A DNA stretch of 34,588 nt. Origin: an uncultured Anaerolineales bacterium (GTDB lineage Bacteria > Chloroflexota > Anaerolineae > UBA1429). A model generated the notes under the pieces. The model searched no databases and had not been told where the DNA came from. It was given only the letters and a program-made list of their open reading frames with translations. Below, piece by piece: positions 9,164 to 18,196 of this stretch. The first letter of the stretch is position 1, and every line of letters begins with the position of its first letter. The stretch lies in the NCBI GenBank assembly GCA_964624695.1, contig CAZUZB010000014.1:1-34588 (forward strand), written 5' to 3'. The translations under genes and the position numbers were made by a program.

Positions 9164-9193
9164 GTCAGGGTGGAAGCAAACAGGCACCCTGAC
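9164..9193. promoter_or_regulatory. Inverted repeat GTCAGGGTG-N12-CACCCTGAC in the divergent intergenic region
   Basis: Perfect 9-bp arms at 9164-9172 and 9185-9193, about 40 nt upstream of the regulator ATG (9123, minus strand). This could be an operator or a 5'-UTR hairpin. Function is not established. Confidence 0.25.
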
Positions 9194-9660
9194 AGCCGTC
9201 AGAGCGCTTGTTGGTCAGAAGCTGTCACAGACATGGCAGTTCGGAGTCAGTTCGATTGTGCTAAGATCGCAATGGGTCGGCCCTTTCGGCTGTTCACCGT
9301 CTAGCAGTGGTCAGTGCTTCCGAATGCTATGGTTCGCCAGACACTTTGTCAAGGCATCGCGGCGTTTGTGCGCCGGGATATGCTTGAGGGGTCGTCAACA
9401 CGCAGGCTGCACATGCTCCGGAGCCACTCCGAGTGCCACCTGGGCTGGTGATTCTGGCCTAACCCTGTACGAGGTGGGCTGCGTCGATTGCCGATTTCGC
9501 GAACAGAGCGGGTTGTCGCCTTGGGAGCATGGCGACGCTCAGCGTAAGCATCCCGTGTGCTCGGGGAGAGCGAGGTGGGCCTCAGACGATCGCGGATGGC
9601 CTGGGTATCATGACGTGACCGAGAGTCTATCAGCCCGACAAGCAATATGGGAGGAGACAG

Positions 9661-11037
9661 ATGTCGAGCATGAAGCTATCCCGGCGGGGATTCCTTCGAC
9701 TCATGGGCGTGTCGACAGCCGTGGCGGTGGTAGCAGCCTGCAAGCCTCGGCCACCTGCCCCTGGCCCTGCGGCTACTGAGAAGCCGGTGGAGGCCCCGGT
9801 TGCCGCCACCGAAAGCTTAAGGGGCAAGAAGATCACGACGTGGACATGGGGTGGTGTTCGCTTCTGGGAGCGAGGCGATGACCAGCCAATCTCGACGCGC
9901 GAGATGTTTGACGAGGACTCGGGTGGGATCGAGGTTGAGGTTGTTGTCTACCCTTATGCAGACTACCTTACAGCACTCAAGACAGCACTACCTGGTGGTA
10001 CGGGTCCAGATGTCTTCGAGGTAAACTGGCAAGTAGTGCAGCCCTACGTTTCCGCTGACCTGCTTCGCCCCCTTGACGATCTGGCGAGCGCCACATGGGG
10101 CGAGTGGAAAGACGCGTTTCTGAAGCCCGTGATCGACGAGATCATGCGGCTCGGGAAGGAGGATGGGTCTGGTAACGCCTATATGCTAGCCACCAACTGT
10201 GACGTTGCGGGCTACATGTGGTACAACATCCCTGTGTTTGAGGAGCATGGCATCAGCGTTCCCAAGGACTGGGCAGAGTTCGAGTCGATCTGTGAGGAGC
10301 TCAAGAGCGTCGAGGTGCTTCCCATCGTCATGGGTGGCAAGGACCAGTGGCAGCATCAGTGGTGGTGGCTAGCGCTTGCTGAGGTCTTGGCCCCAGGGAA
10401 GATGGCCAAGGTCGAGGAGTTTGAGATCAGTTTTGTGGACGATGACCTGGAAAGGACAGCCGTAACGTACAAGAGCATGTTTGACAACCACTGGTTCGCT
10501 GAGGGCACCATGGGCATGGACGTGTGGACTGGCGCCATGCCTCTGTTCTGGCAAAGCGAGGCGGCGATGTTCATGGCTGGATCTTGGGCCATCTACTGGA
10601 CCGGTTCATTTGTGTCCGAGGAGGTTAACAAGGCGACTGAACACATGGGTTGCTTCCTGCCGCCTGGGGGGAAAGGCCTGTCAACCGTGTCGACGGCCTG
10701 GTCGATGACTCAGACTGCTAAGGAGCCCGAAGCGGCTTGGGAGTTCATCAAGTTCTGGGTCGATGGTCGGGGAGCTGAGGTCGTGGCGACCTTCACTGGC
10801 CTGCCCGCTAGCAAGCGTCTCCCCCCCAAGAGCACCGGCACGCCATTCGACAAGAACATTATCGAGCCCAGCATCAAGCAGATGTTTGAGGGTGAGAATG
10901 CCTTTGCCAACCCCCGCTGCGCCACCCTCGCTGAGGCGATCGGCAACAGTTGTCAGGGCTTGGCTTTGGGCCAGTTGACGCCTGAGCAAATGCTAGTTGA
11001 TCTGCAGAGTGTCAACGACAGCCAGTGTAAGAGATAG
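9661..11037 (+). CDS. ABC transporter substrate-binding lipoprotein (family-1 / CUT1 sugar type) with Tat signal
   Basis: GGGAGGAG lies immediately upstream. The N-terminus MSSMKLSRRGFLRLMGVSTAVAVVAAC carries a twin-arginine motif and a lipobox Cys, followed by a Pro/Ala linker. The body is Trp-rich and typical of an SBP. Two permease genes follow. Confidence 0.9.
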   Translation: MSSMKLSRRGFLRLMGVSTAVAVVAACKPRPPAPGPAATEKPVEAPVAATESLRGKKITTWTWGGVRFWERGDDQPISTREMFDEDSGGIEVEVVVYPYADYLTALKTALPGGTGPDVFEVNWQVVQPYVSADLLRPLDDLASATWGEWKDAFLKPVIDEIMRLGKEDGSGNAYMLATNCDVAGYMWYNIPVFEEHGISVPKDWAEFESICEELKSVEVLPIVMGGKDQWQHQWWWLALAEVLAPGKMAKVEEFEISFVDDDLERTAVTYKSMFDNHWFAEGTMGMDVWTGAMPLFWQSEAAMFMAGSWAIYWTGSFVSEEVNKATEHMGCFLPPGGKGLSTVSTAWSMTQTAKEPEAAWEFIKFWVDGRGAEVVATFTGLPASKRLPPKSTGTPFDKNIIEPSIKQMFEGENAFANPRCATLAEAIGNSCQGLALGQLTPEQMLVDLQSVNDSQCKR

Positions 11038-11049
11038 AGGCTAGGGATA

Positions 11050-11087
11050 GCATGACGGCACTTCCACGAAGGGAGGTGCCGTCATGC
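11050..11087 (+). terminator. Strong stem-loop 13 nt after the SBP stop (attenuator/mRNA-stabilising hairpin; no U-tract)
   Basis: GCATGACGGCAC (11050-11061) pairs perfectly with GTGCCGTCATGC (11076-11087). Four more pairs are possible inside, leaving a 6-nt loop. Confidence 0.5.
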
Positions 11088-11528
11088 CATGACCCTATCG
11101 GCGGAGGAGGCAGCGGCGGGCAACCCCCGCCAAGACGGTTGGGCCTTGCGCCCAGATCGGGATCAGTGCACGAGCCAGTCTTCGTTGGCGATCGGGCGCC
11201 CTGGTGTGCCGCGGCTGGAATCGCTTCGATTTGTGAGAGCGGGAGTCGGAGTCTGCAAAGGTCGGGGGCCGTTGATCCGAGTTGGGCACCAGGGAGCAGA
11301 CTCGGGTCACCATCGGCTGCGGGGCACAAGAGGCAGCCGCAGCTCCGTTGCTCGCCTGCTCCATGAGGTGGGGGCGAGGAAAGACCGTTCATCCGGGCCG
11401 GCGTGATCCGGCGGGCCCTTGCTCACGGGATCCTTGGAAGGCTTGGGCATGCCGTTCTCGGATCCTCTGTCCCGCCACTAGGAGGCTTGCTCGGGCTGTA
11501 TGGATTCGCTCAAAGGGGGGACGACGGC

Positions 11529-12488
11529 ATGAACACGCACGAAGGCAGCGTGATCCTGGGGATGTGGCGCCGTGTCGACATTCATTGGTCTACGCTGCGG
11601 CGAGTTGCTCGCCGTCATAACCTGAACTCCAACATCCTGTACGTTCTGCCGGCCCTGATCGTTTATCTGCTGTACGTCGCCTGGCCTATCATCTCAGTGT
11701 TCCGCGACAGCCTCTACCGTTGGGACGGCATCAGTCGGGATAAGGTCTTTCTGGGCTTTGCCAACTATCGCGAGCTGCTATTCGCCGATCGCTTTTTCCG
11801 AAATGCGATTACAAACAATGTGCTATGGTTTTTTATTACTGTTGGTCTATGCATTTTGTTTGGTTTCATTCTGGCCTACGTTCTTAATATGTCTATTCGC
11901 TTTCGTAATATCTATCGCACCCTGATCTTCTTGCCTTTGACTGCTTCGGGCGTCGTCGTAAGCTTGGCTTGGAACAATATCTACAACTTTCAGTTTGGCA
12001 TCGTGAACGTTAGCTTGCGCAGCATAGGCCTAGGCGGTTTGGTCCAGGATTGGCTCGGTAATCCCAGCCTTGCGCTATATGCGATCCTTGTCGCGGCAGT
12101 CTGGCGCGGAACAGGCTCACACGTCATCATGTACCTGGCCGCCTTGCAGGGCATCTCGACGGAGATGCTAGAGGCAGCTATGATCGACGGGGCCAACGGC
12201 CTGCAACGCATGTGGTACATCGCGATCCCGCTCGTGCGTGGGACGACCGCGGCGCTCCTGATACTCGGAGCCATCGGTGCGGTGGGCGCTTTCGATCTGG
12301 TGTACCTGATGACTCGTGGCGGCCCCTATCATGCAACTGAGCTGATTGCTTTGCGGGTTTTCGACCTAGCCTTTGTTACGCACCGCACTGGCTACGCCTC
12401 CGCGCTCTCGGTTTTACTAGTTCTCATTGCTGGCGTTATCACTGTTTTCCAGGTGCTCCGCTACCGGGGAGCACCTGGGGCGCAGTAG
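11529..12488 (+). CDS. ABC sugar transporter permease (MalF/UgpA-like, BPD_transp_1)
   Basis: ORF 11403..12488. I prefer the ATG at 11529, preceded by AAGGGGGG, giving ~319 aa. Six hydrophobic segments are present. The EAA-type loop reads EAAMIDGANGLQRMWYIAIPLVRG. Confidence 0.88.
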   Translation: MNTHEGSVILGMWRRVDIHWSTLRRVARRHNLNSNILYVLPALIVYLLYVAWPIISVFRDSLYRWDGISRDKVFLGFANYRELLFADRFFRNAITNNVLWFFITVGLCILFGFILAYVLNMSIRFRNIYRTLIFLPLTASGVVVSLAWNNIYNFQFGIVNVSLRSIGLGGLVQDWLGNPSLALYAILVAAVWRGTGSHVIMYLAALQGISTEMLEAAMIDGANGLQRMWYIAIPLVRGTTAALLILGAIGAVGAFDLVYLMTRGGPYHATELIALRVFDLAFVTHRTGYASALSVLLVLIAGVITVFQVLRYRGAPGAQ

Positions 12489-12502
12489 GGAGGAGCAAGC
12501 AC

Positions 12503-13342
12503 ATGCCTACTCTTTGGGCCAGGCCGATCCAGCGCGTCATTCTGCATTCAATGCTGATGGTGGTCTCTTTTCTATTTCTGTTTCCCATGCTCTACATGGT
12601 CAGCACAGCGGTCAAGGCCCCGGGAGAGACCATGATTAACCCGGGCATCATTCCTCACTCCGTTGACTTGGCCAAGTTCGTCGACGTATGGCAGCGCGCC
12701 GGCGTGGTAAGGCTGGGGCTGAATAGCCTCTTTATCACTGTTAGTACTGTGGGGTTGGTTTTGTTGCTAGGCTCGCTCGCAGCATTTGCTTTTTCTCGTT
12801 TGAACTTTTTTGGCAAAAGTATCCTCCAAGTTCTTTTCTTAGTGAGTCTTATGATACCATTTGCTTCTGTAATTGTTCCTTTGTATCAACTTAATCGTTC
12901 ATTATCCACCATGAACACATATATGGCGGTGATCGGTCCATATGTTGCATTCGGTCTTCCTTTTGCTATTCTGTTTCTTCGCTTTTACTTTGATACTCTG
13001 CCACAGGAATTGGAGGAGGCAGCACGCATTGATGGTGCGCCGACGTTCATCATCTACTGGCGCGTGCTCCTACCGTTGACCACGCCTGCCTTGGCGACCG
13101 TCGCGATCTTTCAGGCCTTGGGCGCTTGGAACGAGTTCCTGCTAGCTTTGCTGTTTCTGACTAGGTCGGATCTTCGTACGCTCCCTACGGGGGCAGTCCA
13201 TTTTCAGATGATGTTCGGACGACAGTTTGAGCACATGTGTGCCCTGCTTCTGATTATTTCGTTTCCCGTAGTGGTGCTGTTTCTAGTGCTGCAGAAGCAG
13301 TTTGTGGCGGGTCTCACTACAGGTGCGATCAAGGGCAGCTAG
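12503..13342 (+). CDS. ABC sugar transporter permease (MalG/UgpE-like)
   Basis: GGGAGGAG lies 7 nt upstream, and the start is 14 nt after the previous stop. The EAA loop reads EEAARIDGAPTFIIYWRVLLPL. Hydrophobic throughout. Confidence 0.9.
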   Translation: MPTLWARPIQRVILHSMLMVVSFLFLFPMLYMVSTAVKAPGETMINPGIIPHSVDLAKFVDVWQRAGVVRLGLNSLFITVSTVGLVLLLGSLAAFAFSRLNFFGKSILQVLFLVSLMIPFASVIVPLYQLNRSLSTMNTYMAVIGPYVAFGLPFAILFLRFYFDTLPQELEEAARIDGAPTFIIYWRVLLPLTTPALATVAIFQALGAWNEFLLALLFLTRSDLRTLPTGAVHFQMMFGRQFEHMCALLLIISFPVVVLFLVLQKQFVAGLTTGAIKGS

Positions 13343-13763
13343 GGGGCACGTGTTTCTAACGCTGCATGGGCAGCCCGCAACGGCGATTGAGCGTAGGCTA
13401 CGGTACGAGGGGCAACAGGGCGACGATCTGGTCTCACTGCGCCACACTGGTTTTTGGGAATCCGCAGCAGAGGGAGCTTCGCACTGCTCCCGGAGGTTCA
13501 GGAGCGTCGTCAGCTTCGCGGTGCCTCAGTCTGCACACGGACGCGGCAGCGGCATGTTCGGAAGCTAACACACGCAACGCTGGTAGATTCCAGGCAGAAG
13601 CGTCGTAGGCCGGCCCGGCGCTCAGAACCCGGTGTCGCGTGATGGCTGGAGACCCGATGCAGCGATGATTGCGCAGTATTGCCGACTGCGAGGAGGCAGC
13701 CCTGGGGTTCGTCACTAGTCACTTCGAGGTGGAGAACCGCATGGGCTCAACAAGGAGGATGTC

Positions 13764-14603
13764 ATGAAGATCGGCCATTTCCAGGTTGAGTGTCTGCCAG
13801 GTGACCATGAGGCGAACACCGCCAAGGTCATATCGTGCCTGCAGCTCGCCGATGCCGAGGGTGTAGAGATCGTCAGTTTTCCAGAGGGCATGCTCACTGG
13901 CTGGCATGACTCCGAGGCCCAGAATCGTCGCCACAGTCTGGCTGCAGACGGGCCCGAGATAGCGGCCTTACTCGACGAGAGTTCCCGGTTCAGCACCACG
14001 TTCATCGTTGGTTTTGGCGAAGTCCGAGGATCTAGGCTCTTCCAATCAGCTCTTGTTGCCGAAGGCGGCGCACTACTGGGAGTCTACAGCAAGGCGATCC
14101 CATGGTTCAGTTGGCATACACCTGGAAGGGATTTCCCAGTCTTTGAACGGAAGGAGGTGAAGTTCGGCGTGATTCTGTGCAATGACGGCTGTTTCGTGGA
14201 GCCCTCACATATCCTTGCACTGAAAGGTGCCAGAATCATCTTTGCCCCCCACTACACCTACCTTCCCAAGGAAATCCTGCTCCCGCACTTTCTCAGTGTT
14301 CGTGCTCAGCATACCGCCAGAGCAATCGAGAACAACGTATGGTTCCTTCGGGGAAGCAATGTGGTTCTCGGTGAGCGCGATCCCTGCATGCCATCTGTTG
14401 ACGGTGTGGGCTACGGAGATAGCTACTTGATGGATCCATACGGGGAGTTGCTCGTCCGCAGCCAGCGGAACGTCGAGTGTTTCGTCCACTATGATGTCGA
14501 TGTCTCGGCGGTCGCGGCAAGGCAGTGGCCGTGTACAACGGCTGCACAGGAACTCGGGTCGATTATCCAGGGGATTCTGAAGGATGAGCCCCTCGAACGC
14601 TGA
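13764..14603 (+). CDS. Carbon-nitrogen hydrolase (nitrilase superfamily)
   Basis: AAGGAGG lies 5 nt upstream. A Glu-Lys-Cys triad is present in the expected contexts: VSFPEGML, VYSKAIPW, FGVILCNDG. Confidence 0.85.
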   Translation: MKIGHFQVECLPGDHEANTAKVISCLQLADAEGVEIVSFPEGMLTGWHDSEAQNRRHSLAADGPEIAALLDESSRFSTTFIVGFGEVRGSRLFQSALVAEGGALLGVYSKAIPWFSWHTPGRDFPVFERKEVKFGVILCNDGCFVEPSHILALKGARIIFAPHYTYLPKEILLPHFLSVRAQHTARAIENNVWFLRGSNVVLGERDPCMPSVDGVGYGDSYLMDPYGELLVRSQRNVECFVHYDVDVSAVAARQWPCTTAAQELGSIIQGILKDEPLER

Positions 14604-14806
14604 CGTTTCTCAGAAGGCGGTGCCCGGTTAGTTCCGGGAGAGGGTAATCCTGGCGCTTCTGGGAGCAGCGTGATTATGTAGAGCCAGCACAGGATGGGGA
14701 AATGGATGAGCCTCGGAAGCGATCTGATCTCCTGCCGATTCGTCTGATTCGGGGAAAGCAAGACGGGACGGCTGCATGATCGAGCTCAGTCCTTAGGAGC
14801 GAAAGT

Positions 14807-17053
14807 ATGCCTAAGCCAGAAGGGATCGTGTTGCGCACTGCTACGGACGTACTGGTCTTTGACCGCTGCTCAGCCCAGCTGGTTTCCTTCCGCGGCCTAG
14901 CGGCCACCGAGCTTGAGTTCGTATGCTCTGGAGTCTGCCCGCCGGTCTTCGTCGTCCAGTACCTTGATGCAGATCACCGCTTCGGCCAACTGACCTCTCA
15001 ACAGGCGGAAGACGTTCAGGTGGATGTGGAGTGGTTGCGTGAGCAGACCATCCTGACCGCAACGTTCCGCCGGTTGGCAGGGCTCGAGATTGACGTGACC
15101 GTGACTGTCCGGGCTGCCGCAGATGATCGCTTCAGTCACTGGTCCCTAGGCCTGCGTAACGGGGCCGATATGCGGATCACTGATGTCCAGTTCCCGTTTC
15201 TTGTCCTGCCCTACCACCTCGGCGGCATGCCTGGCAGCGAGGCTTTGGTCTGGCCCATCAACTCAGGCATCTTGCTACGCTCACCTCGCCCCGACCAACT
15301 CGCTCCCGATTGCCCTCACACCTGGCAGATGCGACCGGAGAACGGGAACTACAACCACTATCCCGGACACATCTTTGCGCAGTTCCTGGCGTACCACAAT
15401 GATCGTGCGGGAATCTTCGCGAGTTGCTTGGATGCCTGCGGACGGATCAAGCTTATCATCCCCGTCCATCACGAGCCCGGACTGCGCCTAGGCTTCGCCC
15501 ACGTTGGTGACTGGCCAGTGAGTGGCGAGCGCAGCATCGAGTATGATGTGATCGTTGGGAGCTTTCAGGGTGACTGGTATGACGCAGCGGAGCTGTATCG
15601 CCAATGGAGTTTGCAGCAGCCTTGGGCCCAGGCTCCTCTGCACACTCGCGTCGATCTGCCCTCTTGGCTTCTGGACTCGCCACCGCACATCATCCTGCGC
15701 ATGCAAGGCGAACTTGATGTCGGTCCCACCACGCCGAACCATGCCTTCCTGCCCTACGCCAAGGCCATCCCCATGCTGGAGGAGGTTGCCCAGCGCGCTG
15801 GGGCGCCGTTGGTGCCGGTGATCATGTCATGGGAGCGGCCGGGGCCTTGGATCTACCCAGACTGCTTCCCGCCCGTTGGGGGGGAGAAGTCCTTGCGCGA
15901 GTTTGTGCAACTCGCGTGGGAGCGAGGTTGGCACGTCGGGACCTTTTGCAACGGCACTCGGTGGGTGACGGGTCACTACTGGAGTGGTTACGATGGCGAG
16001 GACTTTTTCGCCCAACGAGATGGAGGACGATGCGTCTGCCGCGCACACGATGGCGCCCTGTGGGAGGAGGGCTGGAGCTGGCGTCCGAGCTACTCCTGCT
16101 GCTTAGGCGTGCCCATGACTCGTGAAATCGCCCTCGAATTCGTGCGCACCCTTGTGGGTTGGGGCCTGGACTGGATCCAGTTCCTAGATCAGAACGTTGG
16201 CTGCTGCACACTGCCCTGCTTTGCCGGCGACCATTGCCACCCGTCGACGCCGGGCCATTGGATGACAGACAGTATGCACCTCATGCTTGACAGCTTCAGG
16301 GAACTGGCTGCGCAGGAACTAGAAAGGAGTGGCGGCGTCCGGCAGATCGTCTTCTCGGTGGAGAGGCCACCGAACGAGTACTTTATGCCCTACTTTCCGA
16401 TCTGCGACGCGCGCGTCGTCCCGCCAGGCCATGGACACCCGGCATATCAGGGGCAGGAATTCATCCCCCTCTTCCACTATCTGTACCACGAGTTCGTGCT
16501 ACTACAAGGCGGTTTTGGTCTAGGCCCCGAGCCCTATCACCTGCCAATCCGCAATGCCTACAACCTGGTAATTGGCCAGATTCCTGGGGCCGTGCTGAAA
16601 GATAACGGGCAGCTGCTGAACCGCGACACTGAGAACTGGGCGGCGTGGGGGCCCGAGGTGGGTTCAAACGAGGATGCTCTACAGATGCTGCGAGCAGCGA
16701 CAGCTCTCCGGCGAGGGCCCGCCAGAGAGTTCCTGGTATACGGCCGCATGCAGCCCCCGGCGGCTCTCGATGGGATCAGAACCATCCGTTGGCAATACGG
16801 GGGTCATGTTCATCGTATCCCGGCAGTGTTCCACGCCGCGTGGGATGCTCCAGACGGGCGCCTTGGTCTCGTGCTCGCGAATTGGACGACTCGGCAGTTC
16901 CGACTGCGGGTAGAGGATGGACGCCTGGGCTCTGAGGTCGCGCAGCACCTGGCCACAGACGGCGTCCATTCGGCGCCTCGGTCTGCCCGTGGAGGTGGGA
17001 TCTCCATCACCTTGCCTCCGCTGAGCTGTATGCTGTTGGAGTCCCGAGCTTAG
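14807..17053 (+). CDS. Large cytoplasmic protein of unknown function (748 aa); possibly a glycoside-hydrolase-like enzyme, judged only from its position in a sugar-uptake locus
   Basis: TAGGAG lies 7 nt upstream. There is a single long open frame with protein-like composition and no signal peptide. A Trp/aromatic-rich central region includes GDWYDAAELYRQW. A dense Cys cluster reads CVCRAHDG...SYSCCLG...VGCCTLPCFAGDHCHPSTPGHW. I cannot name the family with confidence. Confidence 0.75.
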   Translation: MPKPEGIVLRTATDVLVFDRCSAQLVSFRGLAATELEFVCSGVCPPVFVVQYLDADHRFGQLTSQQAEDVQVDVEWLREQTILTATFRRLAGLEIDVTVTVRAAADDRFSHWSLGLRNGADMRITDVQFPFLVLPYHLGGMPGSEALVWPINSGILLRSPRPDQLAPDCPHTWQMRPENGNYNHYPGHIFAQFLAYHNDRAGIFASCLDACGRIKLIIPVHHEPGLRLGFAHVGDWPVSGERSIEYDVIVGSFQGDWYDAAELYRQWSLQQPWAQAPLHTRVDLPSWLLDSPPHIILRMQGELDVGPTTPNHAFLPYAKAIPMLEEVAQRAGAPLVPVIMSWERPGPWIYPDCFPPVGGEKSLREFVQLAWERGWHVGTFCNGTRWVTGHYWSGYDGEDFFAQRDGGRCVCRAHDGALWEEGWSWRPSYSCCLGVPMTREIALEFVRTLVGWGLDWIQFLDQNVGCCTLPCFAGDHCHPSTPGHWMTDSMHLMLDSFRELAAQELERSGGVRQIVFSVERPPNEYFMPYFPICDARVVPPGHGHPAYQGQEFIPLFHYLYHEFVLLQGGFGLGPEPYHLPIRNAYNLVIGQIPGAVLKDNGQLLNRDTENWAAWGPEVGSNEDALQMLRAATALRRGPAREFLVYGRMQPPAALDGIRTIRWQYGGHVHRIPAVFHAAWDAPDGRLGLVLANWTTRQFRLRVEDGRLGSEVAQHLATDGVHSAPRSARGGGISITLPPLSCMLLESRA

Positions 17054-17081
17054 CGGGTGCATTGCAGTAAGGAGGAAGACG

Positions 17082-18173
17082 ATGGATACAGCCCGAGAGC
17101 GCTTCATGCGGACTCTGGACTTCATGGTCAGCGACCCTCCGTTCGTACGATTTGGTGCCGAGTACGTGTGGGAGGAAACGATCGAGCTCTGGCGGCAACA
17201 GGGCTACGACGGCCGACCGCTTGAGCAGGTCTTCGGAACCGATACCCTCATCGATCTGGGCGTCAACTACGGTCCGGCACCCGAGTTCTCGCGCCAAGTA
17301 CTGGCCGAGGACGTTCGCACTGTCACATACGTCAATCACGAGGGCATCGTCGTGCGTGAGTTCAAGGGTCACCACATGGCCAGCATGCCCCAGTTCGTCC
17401 GCTTCCCAGTTGAGACGGAAGCGGACTTCGCGCGCTTGGCGGGCGAGCGCTTGGGCCTGAATGTGGAGGAACGCTTCTCTGATGAGTGGAAGGGAAAGCT
17501 TCCCGCCTGGAAAGACTCGGAGCAACCCCGCCGTTGCTGGGCCAACCGCTGGGGCGGCTTTTTCGGCGCTCTCCGAAACCTCATGGGTCTCGAGGGGTTG
17601 TGCGTCGCAATCTATGAGCAGCCCCGGCTCGTCGAGAGGATGATGGCCGAGCGCGCCGAGGCGATCATCACCGTTACCGACGAGGTTCTACGCCACAGCG
17701 ATTTCGAGACCTTCTGGTTCTGGGAAGACATGGCCTACAACCATGGCTCGCTGGTTGATCCTCGCCTTTTCCGTCGGCTGGCTCTCCCTCACTATCGGCG
17801 AGTGTGTGACTGGCTACGCTCTCGTGGGATCCGGCATATCTGGCTCGACAGCGACGGTGACATTCGTGAGCTGATCCCCGTCTGGCTCGAAGGTGGAATC
17901 AACGGCCTATGGCCCTTCGAGGTACAGGCGGGCATGGACGTAGTTCAGGTGCGTCGGGAGTATGGCCACGACCTGGCACTGGCGGGCGGAATCGACAAGC
18001 GCGCGGTTGCCCAAGGGGGAGGGGCGATGCGAAGCGAAGTCGAGCGCGTGATGCCTCTCGTGGCCGATGGCGGCTACCTTCCCGAGCTGGACCATGGGGT
18101 GCCGCCCGATATCTCATGGCCAAACTACCGTGAGTATATGGGGTACCTACTGCAACGCTTGCAGCGTGGCTAG
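17082..18173 (+). CDS. URO-D family protein (paralogue 2)
   Basis: AAGGAGG lies 6 nt upstream. The motifs RERFMRTLDF..., WFWEDMAYNHG, IWLDSDGDIRELIP, GGIDKRA and LDHGVPPDISW are shared with the neighbouring paralogue. Confidence 0.85.
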   Translation: MDTARERFMRTLDFMVSDPPFVRFGAEYVWEETIELWRQQGYDGRPLEQVFGTDTLIDLGVNYGPAPEFSRQVLAEDVRTVTYVNHEGIVVREFKGHHMASMPQFVRFPVETEADFARLAGERLGLNVEERFSDEWKGKLPAWKDSEQPRRCWANRWGGFFGALRNLMGLEGLCVAIYEQPRLVERMMAERAEAIITVTDEVLRHSDFETFWFWEDMAYNHGSLVDPRLFRRLALPHYRRVCDWLRSRGIRHIWLDSDGDIRELIPVWLEGGINGLWPFEVQAGMDVVQVRREYGHDLALAGGIDKRAVAQGGGAMRSEVERVMPLVADGGYLPELDHGVPPDISWPNYREYMGYLLQRLQRG

Positions 18174-18196
18174 GCTCAAGTACGGAGGGAATCCAG

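Noticed and set aside
9138-9779. 213-aa ORF spanning the intergenic region into the SBP gene
   Set aside because: It overlaps the SBP start out of frame, has a Cys/Arg/Trp-rich junk composition and has no SD.
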